A stretch of 64,000 nucleotides of DNA. Source: an uncultured virus (IMG/VR IMGVR_UViG_3300030090_003678) (taxonomy: Duplodnaviria > Heunggongvirae > Uroviricota > Caudoviricetes). The stretch is from positions 1-64,000 of IMG/VR virus record IMGVR_UViG_3300030090_003678; one strand, written 5' to 3'. Below are positions 17,958 to 27,247 of this stretch, in pieces. The position numbers and the translations under genes are program-made. The notes below the pieces were generated by a model, which was not told the origin of the DNA, made no database searches, and saw only the letters and a program-made list of their open reading frames with translations. The stretch's first letter is position 1. Every line of letters begins with the position of its first letter.

Positions 17958-18838
17958 TCAACGCAATCATACTATCTAAAGACAAGGCTCCACAACTTCA
18001 TCTACTAATAGAGAGTCTTCAAAGAAATAACCCAAACCTCTTTGATATAAGGGTTATATACGAAACAACAAATAATGTTTATGAACAGGGCTACGAGAAG
18101 TTAAAAACCTTTTATTCCGCAAAAGACAGGTTTGGGTTAAACTTCCCAATCAAGTGGTTTGAAAGAGAATCCGAAAACCTTAGCACAGACATTCTTAATC
18201 ACACTCCAGACTCTAGAGATTTATCTTGTGTATTCAATGATGAAAACATAGTCTTCGACAGATTGGCTTCCTATAAGAAAGTCATAAAGCTGTTTAGAAC
18301 AAATCAAGTCACCGCCTTGTCTCTAAGGTTGGGAAACAACACGGTGGTGCAAAACCCATATAGTGCAAATAACTTCTTCATTAATAAACCAGAAGAAGGG
18401 GAGTTTGTTCTAGATAGATTCCTGTTATGGGATGCCACAAAAATAAAACCGTATACTAATTTTGCGATGCCATTCTCGCACAATGGACATATATACACCA
18501 CAAAACTACTAAAATACATAGTTGGTCAAACAGTCATAAAAGAACTAGACGACTTTGAAAAAAATCTTCAAGACAACTTGTATATGGGAGCCTTTGGTGG
18601 ATTGATACCTCCAACAATGGCTTGTCCAGAATACAGTATCTGCATTAATAACTCAGCGAAGAAAGTATCTGACAAAACAAGTTCCGATTTTGGAACGACT
18701 GATTTTGGACTCAATGATAGATACGTAAATGGCTTCATAATTGATTATGACTTTTTTAATTTTGCGCATATTTCTAAGCCATACCAAGAATTTATAACGA
18801 GATTTAAACGTGAAAATCATTTGTACTACAGTCATTAG
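17954..18838 (+). CDS. Putative GT-A glycosyltransferase (paralog of 8308..9150)
   Basis: ILSKDKAPQL.LLIES, SLRLG.NT.VQN, PFSHNGHIY shared with the paralog. Confidence 0.6.
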   Translation: MINAIILSKDKAPQLHLLIESLQRNNPNLFDIRVIYETTNNVYEQGYEKLKTFYSAKDRFGLNFPIKWFERESENLSTDILNHTPDSRDLSCVFNDENIVFDRLASYKKVIKLFRTNQVTALSLRLGNNTVVQNPYSANNFFINKPEEGEFVLDRFLLWDATKIKPYTNFAMPFSHNGHIYTTKLLKYIVGQTVIKELDDFEKNLQDNLYMGAFGGLIPPTMACPEYSICINNSAKKVSDKTSSDFGTTDFGLNDRYVNGFIIDYDFFNFAHISKPYQEFITRFKRENHLYYSH

Positions 18839-19736
18839 GGCTGCTAAACAAGGAGACATACATGGAGGATTGTATGTCATAGATATAGACTCAGGAGAAG
18901 TAATTCATCATGCGCCTTATGAAAGAGATTTTGTCAATGATAATGAGCGTGGAGGAGAAAGAGGTCTTCGTGGCATTTGCGTTCTTCGTGATCGCATACT
19001 CGTGGCTGATTCTGCTGGCTTTATCGAATTAGATAAAAACACTTACGAGATAAAAAGAACGCATCAGAATAAAGACTACTTTAAAAGTATTCACGAAATT
19101 GCTTTTCACGACGATCACTTGTGGGTCACTTCTACTGCTTATGATGCGTTAGCAAAAGTCGATTTAGATTTTAATGTTGTTGATTTCTGGGATTTTCAAG
19201 GGAAGAGCTTAGAAAATTCAAAACTATTGACAGGAAAGAAGCAAATAAGACAGGAAGAAAAACAAGAAGACGACAACTACCACATCAATTCTGTTTGTAT
19301 TAATGATGGGAAGGTTTTTGTCTCTGGTTTACTCACTCCTCTTTATGACTTTGAGACAATGGATTCTGTTTGTGGTAGTCCTTCAATGAACGCTCATGGC
19401 TTTCCTTCGGTTTACAGCTTTGTTCACAACTTCTACAAATACGATGACTGTTTCATTGCTAACCTGACTAGTTTTAGCGCCATTGGTATATCAAAGGACG
19501 GCGAAGATTTTGAAATTCATAAAGTTCCAGCAGCCAAAAGAGCCATATACCATATTGATTCAATCGCAGCTAATAACTGGAATCGCGGGCTTGTCAGGTA
19601 CGGAGACAAAATAATTATTGGATCAACACCAGCTAGGATATTGGTTTTTGATATTCCAACAAGGACTTTTGAAAAAGAAATAAAGTTAGAGAAAGATATG
19701 AGGCACGCCATACACGGCTTGGAGATTATTCAATGA
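18810..19736 (+). CDS. Beta-propeller protein
   Basis: Repeated blade-like segments GLRGI, SIHEI, HINSV, VHN, WNRGL; GTG start. Confidence 0.6.
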   Translation: MKIICTTVIRAAKQGDIHGGLYVIDIDSGEVIHHAPYERDFVNDNERGGERGLRGICVLRDRILVADSAGFIELDKNTYEIKRTHQNKDYFKSIHEIAFHDDHLWVTSTAYDALAKVDLDFNVVDFWDFQGKSLENSKLLTGKKQIRQEEKQEDDNYHINSVCINDGKVFVSGLLTPLYDFETMDSVCGSPSMNAHGFPSVYSFVHNFYKYDDCFIANLTSFSAIGISKDGEDFEIHKVPAAKRAIYHIDSIAANNWNRGLVRYGDKIIIGSTPARILVFDIPTRTFEKEIKLEKDMRHAIHGLEIIQ

Positions 19737-19927
19737 AGTTAGATGAGAAGATCGCAGAAAAAAACCTAGCGAAAAAGATGCAAATTTCAAAAAATACTCA
19801 CGCTTGGGTATTGCCGAAGCAAAACGGCTTCTATAAAATGGTGGCTTACTATAGGGGAAAAACCCCTATTTGGGTGCATCCAGAATACGCTCTTCAAGAG
19901 AAGAAAAAGAAGTCATCTAAGGGCTAA
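19733..19927 (+). CDS. Small basic hypothetical protein
   Basis: ATGA-coupled ORF. Confidence 0.5.
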   Translation: MKLDEKIAEKNLAKKMQISKNTHAWVLPKQNGFYKMVAYYRGKTPIWVHPEYALQEKKKKSSKG

Positions 19928-20007
19928 ATCTGGTTCAGCCCAAGTAGGTCTTACTTGAACAAACTTACAGCCTCTTTGGGAAATTGAAAACCGGCTTGGT
20001 TGAAATC

Positions 20008-20017
20008 GTGTATAATA
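20008..20017 (+). promoter_or_regulatory. GTGTATAATA promoter motif, copy 4
   Basis: Exact decamer immediately 5' of the structured RNA and nrdA. Confidence 0.65.
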
Positions 20018-20018
20018 C

Positions 20019-20172
20019 CTTGTTGGGTTATAAAGAGCTTCCTACAGACGGAGAGCTAGAGCGACACCAACTCAACAAGCCCTTGTCGCACCAAGTGAGT
20101 AGTTTAATAAAAATTTTTTTAGTAAGTTTCCTCTAACAAATTGCTTGGTTCACAAGTGTCGCTCTATTTTTT
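20019..20172 (+). ncRNA. Candidate structured RNA / nrdA leader with pseudoknot potential
   Basis: Pairings 20019-20029/20069-20079, 20036-20042/20050-20057, 20057-20067/20156-20166 (perfect 11 bp), 20082-20098/20141-20156; ends in T6. Confidence 0.55.
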
Positions 20173-20197
20173 GTAAGAGGCGTATAGCGGATAGATT

Positions 20198-22654
20198 ATG
20201 ACATCAGATATTAAGGTTAAGAAGCGCAACGGACGATTAGAACAGATAAACCTAGATAAGATTAACAAATGCGTAGAGAGAGCCTGTGACGGCCTTACTG
20301 ACGTATCGGTTAGCGAAGTTGTATTAGATGCAAGTCTACAGCTATACAACAAAATTACGACATCTGAAATAGACACCGCTCTTATAATGTCGGCTCGTTC
20401 TAAAATAGAGCAAGAACCAAACTATAATTATGTAGCCACGAACTTATTACTCTCTAGCTTGTATAAAGAAGTTTTTGGTAAGAGTGTAAATGGTGATTTC
20501 CAAGAAGAATACAAAAGCTGTTTTATAAAACACATAAAAGCTCTTGTTAAAGAAGATCGGCTTAGCGAATCTATGCTAAGTTACGACTTGGAGTTTCTAA
20601 GCGAAAACCTGTCTATAGATAGAGATAAAAATTTCAAGTATTTAGGAATACAAACTCTTTACGATAGATACTTCATACACAAAGAAGGTCGTCGTATGGA
20701 AACTCCACAAGCGTTCTATATGCGGGTCGCAATGGGTCTTTGTTTGAATGAAGAAAATAAAGAAGAAAGAGCCGTTGAAATATACAACATGATGTCTGAG
20801 TTTAGATACTCGCCTTCTACTCCTACTCTTTTTAATAGTGGAACTTGCCACTCTCAATTATCGTCCTGTTATTTAAGTACAGTAGATGACTCTATTGATG
20901 GCATCTTTGGAACTATTCACGGTCAGGCTAGACTTTCAAAGTATGCTGGAGGTCTTGGTGTAGATTGGAGTTCTGTTCGTTCTACTGGTTCTTACATTAA
21001 GGGAACAAATGGTCAGTCTTCTGGATTAATTCCTTGGTTGAAGATATTTAATGATACTCTTGTCGGGGTTAATCAAGGCGGTAAACGAAAAGGTGCTGGA
21101 TGCGCTTACCTAGAAGTGTGGCATCTTGACGTTGAAGATTTTTTAGACCTCAGAAAAAACACAGGTGATGATCGTCGCCGTTGTCATGATATGAATACTG
21201 CATTATGGATTTGCGATGAGTTCATGTTAGCGGCTCAGAAAGGAAGGGATTGGTATTTGTTTGATCCGTCCGAATGTCCTGACCTGCACGAAACATACGG
21301 CAAAAAATTCACCAGAACTTATAACAAATATAAAAAAATGGCGAAAGAGGGAGGGATCAAAAACTTCCGTGTCATAAACGCCAAAGACTTATGGAAGAAG
21401 ATGCTGAAGTCTCTTTACGAAACAGGGCATCCATGGGTTACTTTTAAAGACCCTTCTAATATTCGCTATAGTAATAAGCATGAAGGTGTTGTTCATTCTT
21501 CCAATTTATGTACAGAAATACTTCTTCATACAAAGCCAACTCTGTATGAAGATGGTGAAGTTGTTGAAGTAGGAGAGACTGCTGTTTGTAACTTGGCTTC
21601 TATCAATCTTGAAAACCATATTAAGGTTCGCACTATTGATTGGAAGAAATTGCAACGAACAGTAGAGGTGGCAGTCAGAGGATTGGATAATGTTATTGAT
21701 CTCAATTTCTATCCAACCAAAGAAGCCGCCAAGTCTAACCTGCGAAATCGTCCTATTGGTTTAGGTATTATGGGTACTCACGGCTTGCTACATAAGCTAG
21801 GAGTTGTTTACAACTCCCAAGATGCTGTTGTTCTCTGTGGCAAGATACAAGAATTCATCTCTTACCATGCTATTCTTACTTCTTCTAAGCTAGCGAAGGA
21901 GCGAGGACACTACGAATCTTATGAGGGTTCTGAGTGGAGTTTTGGTAATTTGCCTATCGACACTTATTGTCGATTGATGAACGAGAGATACCCAGAACAC
22001 TTAAAGAGCGGTAAAGATAATCACTATAAACCTTCCGACTTTGAGCAAATGGATTGGAACAAAGTTAGAAGTCATATAGCTGAATATGGAATGAGAAATT
22101 CAAATGTTATGGCTATCGCTCCTACTGCAACAATTTCTTACATACAAGGATGCTCACAATCTATTGAGCCTGACTACTCAGTTCTTTTTGTTTACTCAAC
22201 ATTGAGCGGAGAGTTCACAATGATTAATGAGCATTTTGTAGAAGTGGCGAAAAAGAAAGGGATATGGGGCAAAGACTTGATTGAAGCCCTTAAAGCCGCT
22301 GATGGAGATGTGATGTCTATTAATTTAGATGAAGAAATACAGCGAGAATTCAAAAGTGCATTTGATATAGAACCGAAAATTCTAATAGATGCTGCCGCCG
22401 AAAGGCAGAAATGGATTGATATGGGAGAATCCCTCAATCTATACAACAAAGGAACAAGCCTTAAATATCTCAACGATATGTATATGCACGCTTGGGAGCA
22501 AGGTTTGAAGACTACATATTATTTAAGAAGCAAAGCAGCAACTAGACTTGAAAAGTCTACTGTTGTTGCCGCCAAAGAAGAAGTACCTGAAGAAGATTTG
22601 AGTCAGGTAAAGGCGTGTTCTTTGGAAGATCCAGATTGTGAAAGTTGTCAGTAA
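20198..22654 (+). CDS. nrdA: Ribonucleotide reductase class I alpha subunit with ATP cone
   Basis: VKKRNG ATP cone, TPTLFN, SSCYL, NQGGKRKGA, SNLCTEI, VCNLAS, APTATIS, TTYYLR, C-terminal CxxC. Confidence 0.97.
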   Translation: MTSDIKVKKRNGRLEQINLDKINKCVERACDGLTDVSVSEVVLDASLQLYNKITTSEIDTALIMSARSKIEQEPNYNYVATNLLLSSLYKEVFGKSVNGDFQEEYKSCFIKHIKALVKEDRLSESMLSYDLEFLSENLSIDRDKNFKYLGIQTLYDRYFIHKEGRRMETPQAFYMRVAMGLCLNEENKEERAVEIYNMMSEFRYSPSTPTLFNSGTCHSQLSSCYLSTVDDSIDGIFGTIHGQARLSKYAGGLGVDWSSVRSTGSYIKGTNGQSSGLIPWLKIFNDTLVGVNQGGKRKGAGCAYLEVWHLDVEDFLDLRKNTGDDRRRCHDMNTALWICDEFMLAAQKGRDWYLFDPSECPDLHETYGKKFTRTYNKYKKMAKEGGIKNFRVINAKDLWKKMLKSLYETGHPWVTFKDPSNIRYSNKHEGVVHSSNLCTEILLHTKPTLYEDGEVVEVGETAVCNLASINLENHIKVRTIDWKKLQRTVEVAVRGLDNVIDLNFYPTKEAAKSNLRNRPIGLGIMGTHGLLHKLGVVYNSQDAVVLCGKIQEFISYHAILTSSKLAKERGHYESYEGSEWSFGNLPIDTYCRLMNERYPEHLKSGKDNHYKPSDFEQMDWNKVRSHIAEYGMRNSNVMAIAPTATISYIQGCSQSIEPDYSVLFVYSTLSGEFTMINEHFVEVAKKKGIWGKDLIEALKAADGDVMSINLDEEIQREFKSAFDIEPKILIDAAAERQKWIDMGESLNLYNKGTSLKYLNDMYMHAWEQGLKTTYYLRSKAATRLEKSTVVAAKEEVPEEDLSQVKACSLEDPDCESCQ

Positions 22655-23661
22655 TGAAGAAGACTAAAGAAATTATTTCGGATAAAGTTGCAGTAGTTAA
22701 TCAAATCCTTCCCCACACAAATAAATGGGCTTGGGATTTATTCATTGATGGCGCAGCCAATAATTGGATGCCAACAGAAATATCAATGGCAAAGGATATT
22801 GAGCAATGGAGATCAGACTCATTGACCAATGATGAAAAGCTGGTGGTCAAAAGATCGCTTGGTTTTTTTGCTGGTTCAGAGTCTTTAGTTGCAAATAACC
22901 TTTTGCTTAGCATATTCAAATATGTTACTGATCCTGAATGTCGCCAATACATCTTAAGACAAGCATACGAAGAAAGCCTACATAATCTTACAGTAGTATA
23001 CTGCTGTGATTCTCTTGGGTTGAAGATCGACGAAGTTTACCAAGCTTACAATTCGATCCCTAGCATAAAGTCTAAAGACGAGTTCTTAATGAACATCTGC
23101 ACAGATATAAATCGTCCAGACTTTAATATCAATACTCTAGAAGGTAAGAGAGAATTCCTAAGAAATATCATTACCTACTACGTCATATGCGAAGGAATCT
23201 TTTTCTTCTCTGGTTTTGCAATGCTACTTTCTTTTAATAGACAAAATAAGCTTCCCGGAATTGGAGAGCAAATTCAATACACGCTTCGTGATGAAAGTCT
23301 ACATATTAAATTTGGAACTAATTTGATTAATAGAATCAGAGAAGATAATCCAAAAGTTTGGACTAAAGCGTTTGAAAAAGAAACTTTGGAACATATAGAC
23401 AAAGCCATGGAACTTGAGCTTGCCTACGCAAGAGATGTTCTTCCAAATGGCATTCTAGGTCTGAACTCAGATATGTTTATTGACTATGTTCAATTCATAG
23501 CAAATAGAAGACTAGAAAATCTAAATTTACCAAGTCCATATGAAGACACTAAAAATCCATTTCCGTGGATGAGTGAAATAATTGACTTGGAAAAATGTAA
23601 AAACTTTTTTGAAACTCGCGTAACTGAATACGCAGTAGGAAATATAGAGGACGATTTTTAA
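22654..23661 (+). CDS. nrdB: Ribonucleotide reductase beta subunit, class Ic-like
   Basis: WMPTEI, FFAGSESLV, EESLH, EGIFFFSGF, RDESLH, NFFETRV.EY. Confidence 0.95.
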   Translation: MKKTKEIISDKVAVVNQILPHTNKWAWDLFIDGAANNWMPTEISMAKDIEQWRSDSLTNDEKLVVKRSLGFFAGSESLVANNLLLSIFKYVTDPECRQYILRQAYEESLHNLTVVYCCDSLGLKIDEVYQAYNSIPSIKSKDEFLMNICTDINRPDFNINTLEGKREFLRNIITYYVICEGIFFFSGFAMLLSFNRQNKLPGIGEQIQYTLRDESLHIKFGTNLINRIREDNPKVWTKAFEKETLEHIDKAMELELAYARDVLPNGILGLNSDMFIDYVQFIANRRLENLNLPSPYEDTKNPFPWMSEIIDLEKCKNFFETRVTEYAVGNIEDDF

Positions 23662-23662
23662 T

Positions 23663-24010
23663 ATGAAGGCCAAGCTAGCAGAGGAATACTCAGCAATAGG
23701 CGAAATAAGCAAATTAGTTTACCAAGACGACTCTCCAATTCATGGATTGGGATTGTTTGCCAAAGAAAATATTCCAAACAAAACTTTCATTCATGACACA
23801 CATATTTGGAGCAATATGGCTAATAGCTATATAAATCTAAAACCTAATTGCATGTACAACCATAGCACTAAGCCTAACTGCAAGGTTGGCAGGACGGGCA
23901 ATAGAATTAGACTCGAAAGCATAACATCTATAAAAAAGGGTGATGAGCTTCTTGTAGACTATAATCAAAATCCTGAAATAGAATTACCACAAGAAGATTG
24001 GATAAATTGA
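23663..24010 (+). CDS. SET-domain protein-lysine methyltransferase
   Basis: SPIHGLGLFA, YNHS..PNC, IKKGDELLVDY. Confidence 0.88.
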   Translation: MKAKLAEEYSAIGEISKLVYQDDSPIHGLGLFAKENIPNKTFIHDTHIWSNMANSYINLKPNCMYNHSTKPNCKVGRTGNRIRLESITSIKKGDELLVDYNQNPEIELPQEDWIN

Positions 24011-24444
24011 TGGAACTTGGCTATAAACATTTTGAAGTTAAACGGTTGTATGATTCTGCTAAAGCTCCAACCAAAGGACATATGGATGATGCCGGTTGGG
24101 ATTTGTACGCCTTTGAAACAATCTCTATACCTGCTGGAGCGACTGTTCTTGTTTCTACTGGTATTGCTATGGCTATTCCTAAAGGCTATGTGGCTTTAAT
24201 ATGGGACAGATCTTCAATGGGCGTAAAGGGAGTACATAGACATGCAGGAGTTATAGACTCTGGTTATAGAGGCGAAGTAAAAGTTTGCCTGCACAATACA
24301 ACAAAAGAACCGTATCATATAGATAGAGGCGATAGAATCGCACAAATGTTAATACAAGAAGCCCCAAACTTTATTCAACATGTAGTTCATGAACTAGATT
24401 CTACCAATAGGGGCGATGGAGGGTTTGGTTCAACAGGTAAGTAG
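24010..24444 (+). CDS. dut: Trimeric dUTPase
   Basis: AGWDL, RSS, GVIDSGYRGE, RIAQ, RGDGGFGSTG. Confidence 0.96.
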   Translation: MELGYKHFEVKRLYDSAKAPTKGHMDDAGWDLYAFETISIPAGATVLVSTGIAMAIPKGYVALIWDRSSMGVKGVHRHAGVIDSGYRGEVKVCLHNTTKEPYHIDRGDRIAQMLIQEAPNFIQHVVHELDSTNRGDGGFGSTGK

Positions 24445-24445
24445 T

Positions 24446-25114
24446 ATGGCTAGAAAAAAGAACAATGAGTCAGGATATACTACTAGACGGAAGGCTTTAA
24501 AGCCTAAAACGGAAAATCAGACAGAGTACATCAAAATCATATCAGAAAATGATGTAACTTTTTGTACAGGCCCAGCAGGTACTGGTAAAACAGCAGTAGC
24601 GGTTGGTTTAGCTTGTGATTATTTATTAGATAAAAGAGTTGAAAAGATAGTTGTTACTAGACCTGTAATTGAGTCTGGTAGAGGATTGGGTTTCTTGCCG
24701 GGAACTTTTGAAGAGAAAATTCATCCATATTTAGTTCCTGTATTAGAAGAGATGCAGTATAGACTGAATAGCAATAGGGTTCAGGCATATAGAGAAGAAG
24801 GAAAAATTGAAGTTGTTCCTTTGGAATATATGAGAGGCAGAAATTTTCACAACTGTTTTATGATATTAGATGAGGCTCAAAATGCTACGTTTGAACAATT
24901 AAAAATGTTTATAACTAGAATTGGTTGGGACTCAAAGGCTGTCATCAATGGCGATATTGACCAAACAGATCTAATTACCAAAGATCGAGGTGGTTTAGAA
25001 GAATTCCTCGAAAGGCTTGATGGGGTTGATGGTGTTGGTATTGCTGAATTGACAGAAGATGATATAATTAGGAACAAGATTATTTCTCGTATTCTGGATG
25101 CACTCTACGACTAA
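24446..25114 (+). CDS. phoH: PhoH-family ATPase
   Basis: GPAGTGKT, TRP, GFLPG, YMRGR, LDEAQN, TRIG, GD..Q.D. Confidence 0.95.
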   Translation: MARKKNNESGYTTRRKALKPKTENQTEYIKIISENDVTFCTGPAGTGKTAVAVGLACDYLLDKRVEKIVVTRPVIESGRGLGFLPGTFEEKIHPYLVPVLEEMQYRLNSNRVQAYREEGKIEVVPLEYMRGRNFHNCFMILDEAQNATFEQLKMFITRIGWDSKAVINGDIDQTDLITKDRGGLEEFLERLDGVDGVGIAELTEDDIIRNKIISRILDALYD

Positions 25115-25476
25115 TGCCTACTTACGACTACCTATGTAACGAATGTGGTTGTGAATTTGAGCAATCACATGGCTTTGGTAAAAACCCTGAGCCGTGTGAA
25201 AGTTGTGGGTCTTCAGATATTAAAATTGTAATGAACCAAGTTCCAATGGCCTTCGTAAAGGGCGAAGCAAAAACTTTAGGCCAGCTTGCTGATAGAAATA
25301 CCGCTAAGATGGGTAGCTATGAACTTAGCGAAAAAAGAGCGAAGCAAGAAGAAGGAAACCTGAAGAAACAAAAACCTAAAGACTGGTGGCAGAAATCTGG
25401 AAACGCCACTTCTTCAGATATAAACAAGATGTCGGCTTCTCAAAAAGCGAAGTACATTAAAGACGGAAAAAAATGA
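25114..25476 (+). CDS. FmdB-family zinc ribbon protein
   Basis: MPTYDYLCNECGCEFE...CESCGS. Confidence 0.85.
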   Translation: MPTYDYLCNECGCEFEQSHGFGKNPEPCESCGSSDIKIVMNQVPMAFVKGEAKTLGQLADRNTAKMGSYELSEKRAKQEEGNLKKQKPKDWWQKSGNATSSDINKMSASQKAKYIKDGKK

Positions 25477-25745
25477 GCGAAAAAGAAGTCATTATCGTCG
25501 AAGATTTAGAGTACAAAGAGATTACTTGCGCGGATTGCGAGAAGCCTTTGTTGAATCTTTTACGAAAATCTAAGTCTGATAAAAAATGTAGATTGCTTGT
25601 AAACTGTCCTTACTGCGGTGGTCAAAGCTGGATGGTTGAAATGAAAGGTGATTATTTTCAAGCACCTTCTGAAGGTCTAGGTCTTGGAGCAATGGACGAA
25701 AACAATGACACTTTTATTTTGGATATGGTGAAGATTAATGCCTGA
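25473..25745 (+). CDS. Zinc-ribbon hypothetical protein
   Basis: CADC...CPYC. Confidence 0.65.
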   Translation: MSEKEVIIVEDLEYKEITCADCEKPLLNLLRKSKSDKKCRLLVNCPYCGGQSWMVEMKGDYFQAPSEGLGLGAMDENNDTFILDMVKINA

Positions 25746-26061
25746 TGAAGATATATCAGAATTTATAGATAACATAGATGTCGTATATACTTTCTATAGC
25801 AAAGATGGAATAGTTGTAGAGGACAATGTTGAAGAAGCTTGTGCTTACATTGCGACGGTAAACGAAAAAGTAAGTTATTGGGTAAAGACTTTCCGTAACT
25901 CGTTGTTTGATCCTCAAGGAATGGATGCGAGCAAAATAAACTCAATTCATACTAAGTTCACCAAAACAAACAAAGAATCTTTTGACTATTACGTTAAGTA
26001 TCTAACAAACAAACAACGTAATGATTTTACTTGGGCTAGCAGAGGAATGATTGATGTCTAA
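25738..26061 (+). CDS. Hypothetical protein
   Basis: Coupled ORF. Confidence 0.65.
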   Translation: MPDEDISEFIDNIDVVYTFYSKDGIVVEDNVEEACAYIATVNEKVSYWVKTFRNSLFDPQGMDASKINSIHTKFTKTNKESFDYYVKYLTNKQRNDFTWASRGMIDV

Positions 26062-26386
26062 AAAGAAAAAGTCAGGAAAACTCACTAAGGTAGAAAAATT
26101 CTACATAGAAAACAATCTCGACAAGGATATTGCAGATATAGCTAATGACCTGAACAGAACTGACTCAGTAGTTAATAAATATATTGACTCAATAGAGGAA
26201 GAAAAAGATACAGGTCATATCGCAAGCAGCAAACAAAATCCTGATGTCAGCAATCTAATGGGCTACAATGATCGTGGTTCTACAGTTATGACCCCAGCTG
26301 CTTCAGAGCGTTCAGATGAAACAAGAACAACGCGCGTCAATACTGGTAAGTACGAAGGTATTATTCATACGATCAAAGAAAAATGA
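26054..26386 (+). CDS. Putative HTH protein
   Basis: LT..EKFYI....DIADIANDLNRT..VV resembles an HTH. Confidence 0.55.
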   Translation: MSKKKKSGKLTKVEKFYIENNLDKDIADIANDLNRTDSVVNKYIDSIEEEKDTGHIASSKQNPDVSNLMGYNDRGSTVMTPAASERSDETRTTRVNTGKYEGIIHTIKEK

Positions 26387-26865
26387 GCGTTTTTGTAAGC
26401 AAAGAACTAGATACTTACATCAGTGTCTATTCTGATTCTAATCCAATTTGGATAGCCACATTGTCAAATGACGAAGTTATTTATCAAGACGATGGTAGGC
26501 CAGATGTAGAACCATCAAGTGCTTGGCTAAGGCTGAGGCAGTATTGCAAAGAAAATGATTTGTATATAACCAATATGAAGGTTAGGAATAGATCTCATAT
26601 TGAAGACGCTGGTTCAAATTATGACGGCTACTTCTTCTGCAAAGGAGCAGGAGCTTTAATGTTTGGGGACTTTACAGTCCACACGTTTAATATAGGCGTA
26701 TTAGAGAATGGGAAGCTTAGAGTTAGAACTTGGCGACTTCCTGAACTAATACCAGAGAGATTTGAAGAGAGAGACCCTTATGAGTCTCCAGAGTGTTTGA
26801 TAATTAAGAAGGGTGTATTGGATGAACAAAGGTTACAAGCATCGGACGACAGGTCAGTCATGTAA
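26383..26865 (+). CDS. Hypothetical protein
   Basis: ATGA-coupled ORF. Confidence 0.65.
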   Translation: MSVFVSKELDTYISVYSDSNPIWIATLSNDEVIYQDDGRPDVEPSSAWLRLRQYCKENDLYITNMKVRNRSHIEDAGSNYDGYFFCKGAGALMFGDFTVHTFNIGVLENGKLRVRTWRLPELIPERFEERDPYESPECLIIKKGVLDEQRLQASDDRSVM

Positions 26866-27247
26866 CGCTGCTCAGTACATAGCAGAGCTATGTTGTTTAA
26901 GAGAAGCAGAAAAAGAAAATGTTGGTAGGCCAGCATATGCTTTGTGGAACACTGAAAAGTGGCAAAAGAAATATAAAAGCCAAGTGACAAAAGCCTACAA
27001 TCTTCTCAACAAGTATAGCGATAAAGCTATCATCAATGCCTTAAATTCTTACAAAGGCAAAAGAATATATTCTTTGCGCGTTAAGTTTCTTGAGCCAATT
27101 ATAGAGGCTGAGCAAAAAAAGATAGATGAAATAAATAGCAAAGAAATTAAAGAAATAGAGTATAAAGACGCTACCTTAGAAAAACCAAGACAGCCTTTTG
27201 GTAAAAAAAGCAGACTGTCAGAACTAGAGGACTTTGACAATGAGTGA
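26822..27247 (+). CDS. Hypothetical protein
   Basis: Basic helical ORF preceding recA. Confidence 0.65.
   Translation: MNKGYKHRTTGQSCNAAQYIAELCCLREAEKENVGRPAYALWNTEKWQKKYKSQVTKAYNLLNKYSDKAIINALNSYKGKRIYSLRVKFLEPIIEAEQKKIDEINSKEIKEIEYKDATLEKPRQPFGKKSRLSELEDFDNE

Noticed and set aside
20019..20172. HDV-like/theta ribozyme or SAM-I riboswitch identity for the structured RNA
   Set aside because: The P3/L3 element of HDV-like folds and SAM-I core sequences are not evident; kept as an unassigned candidate.
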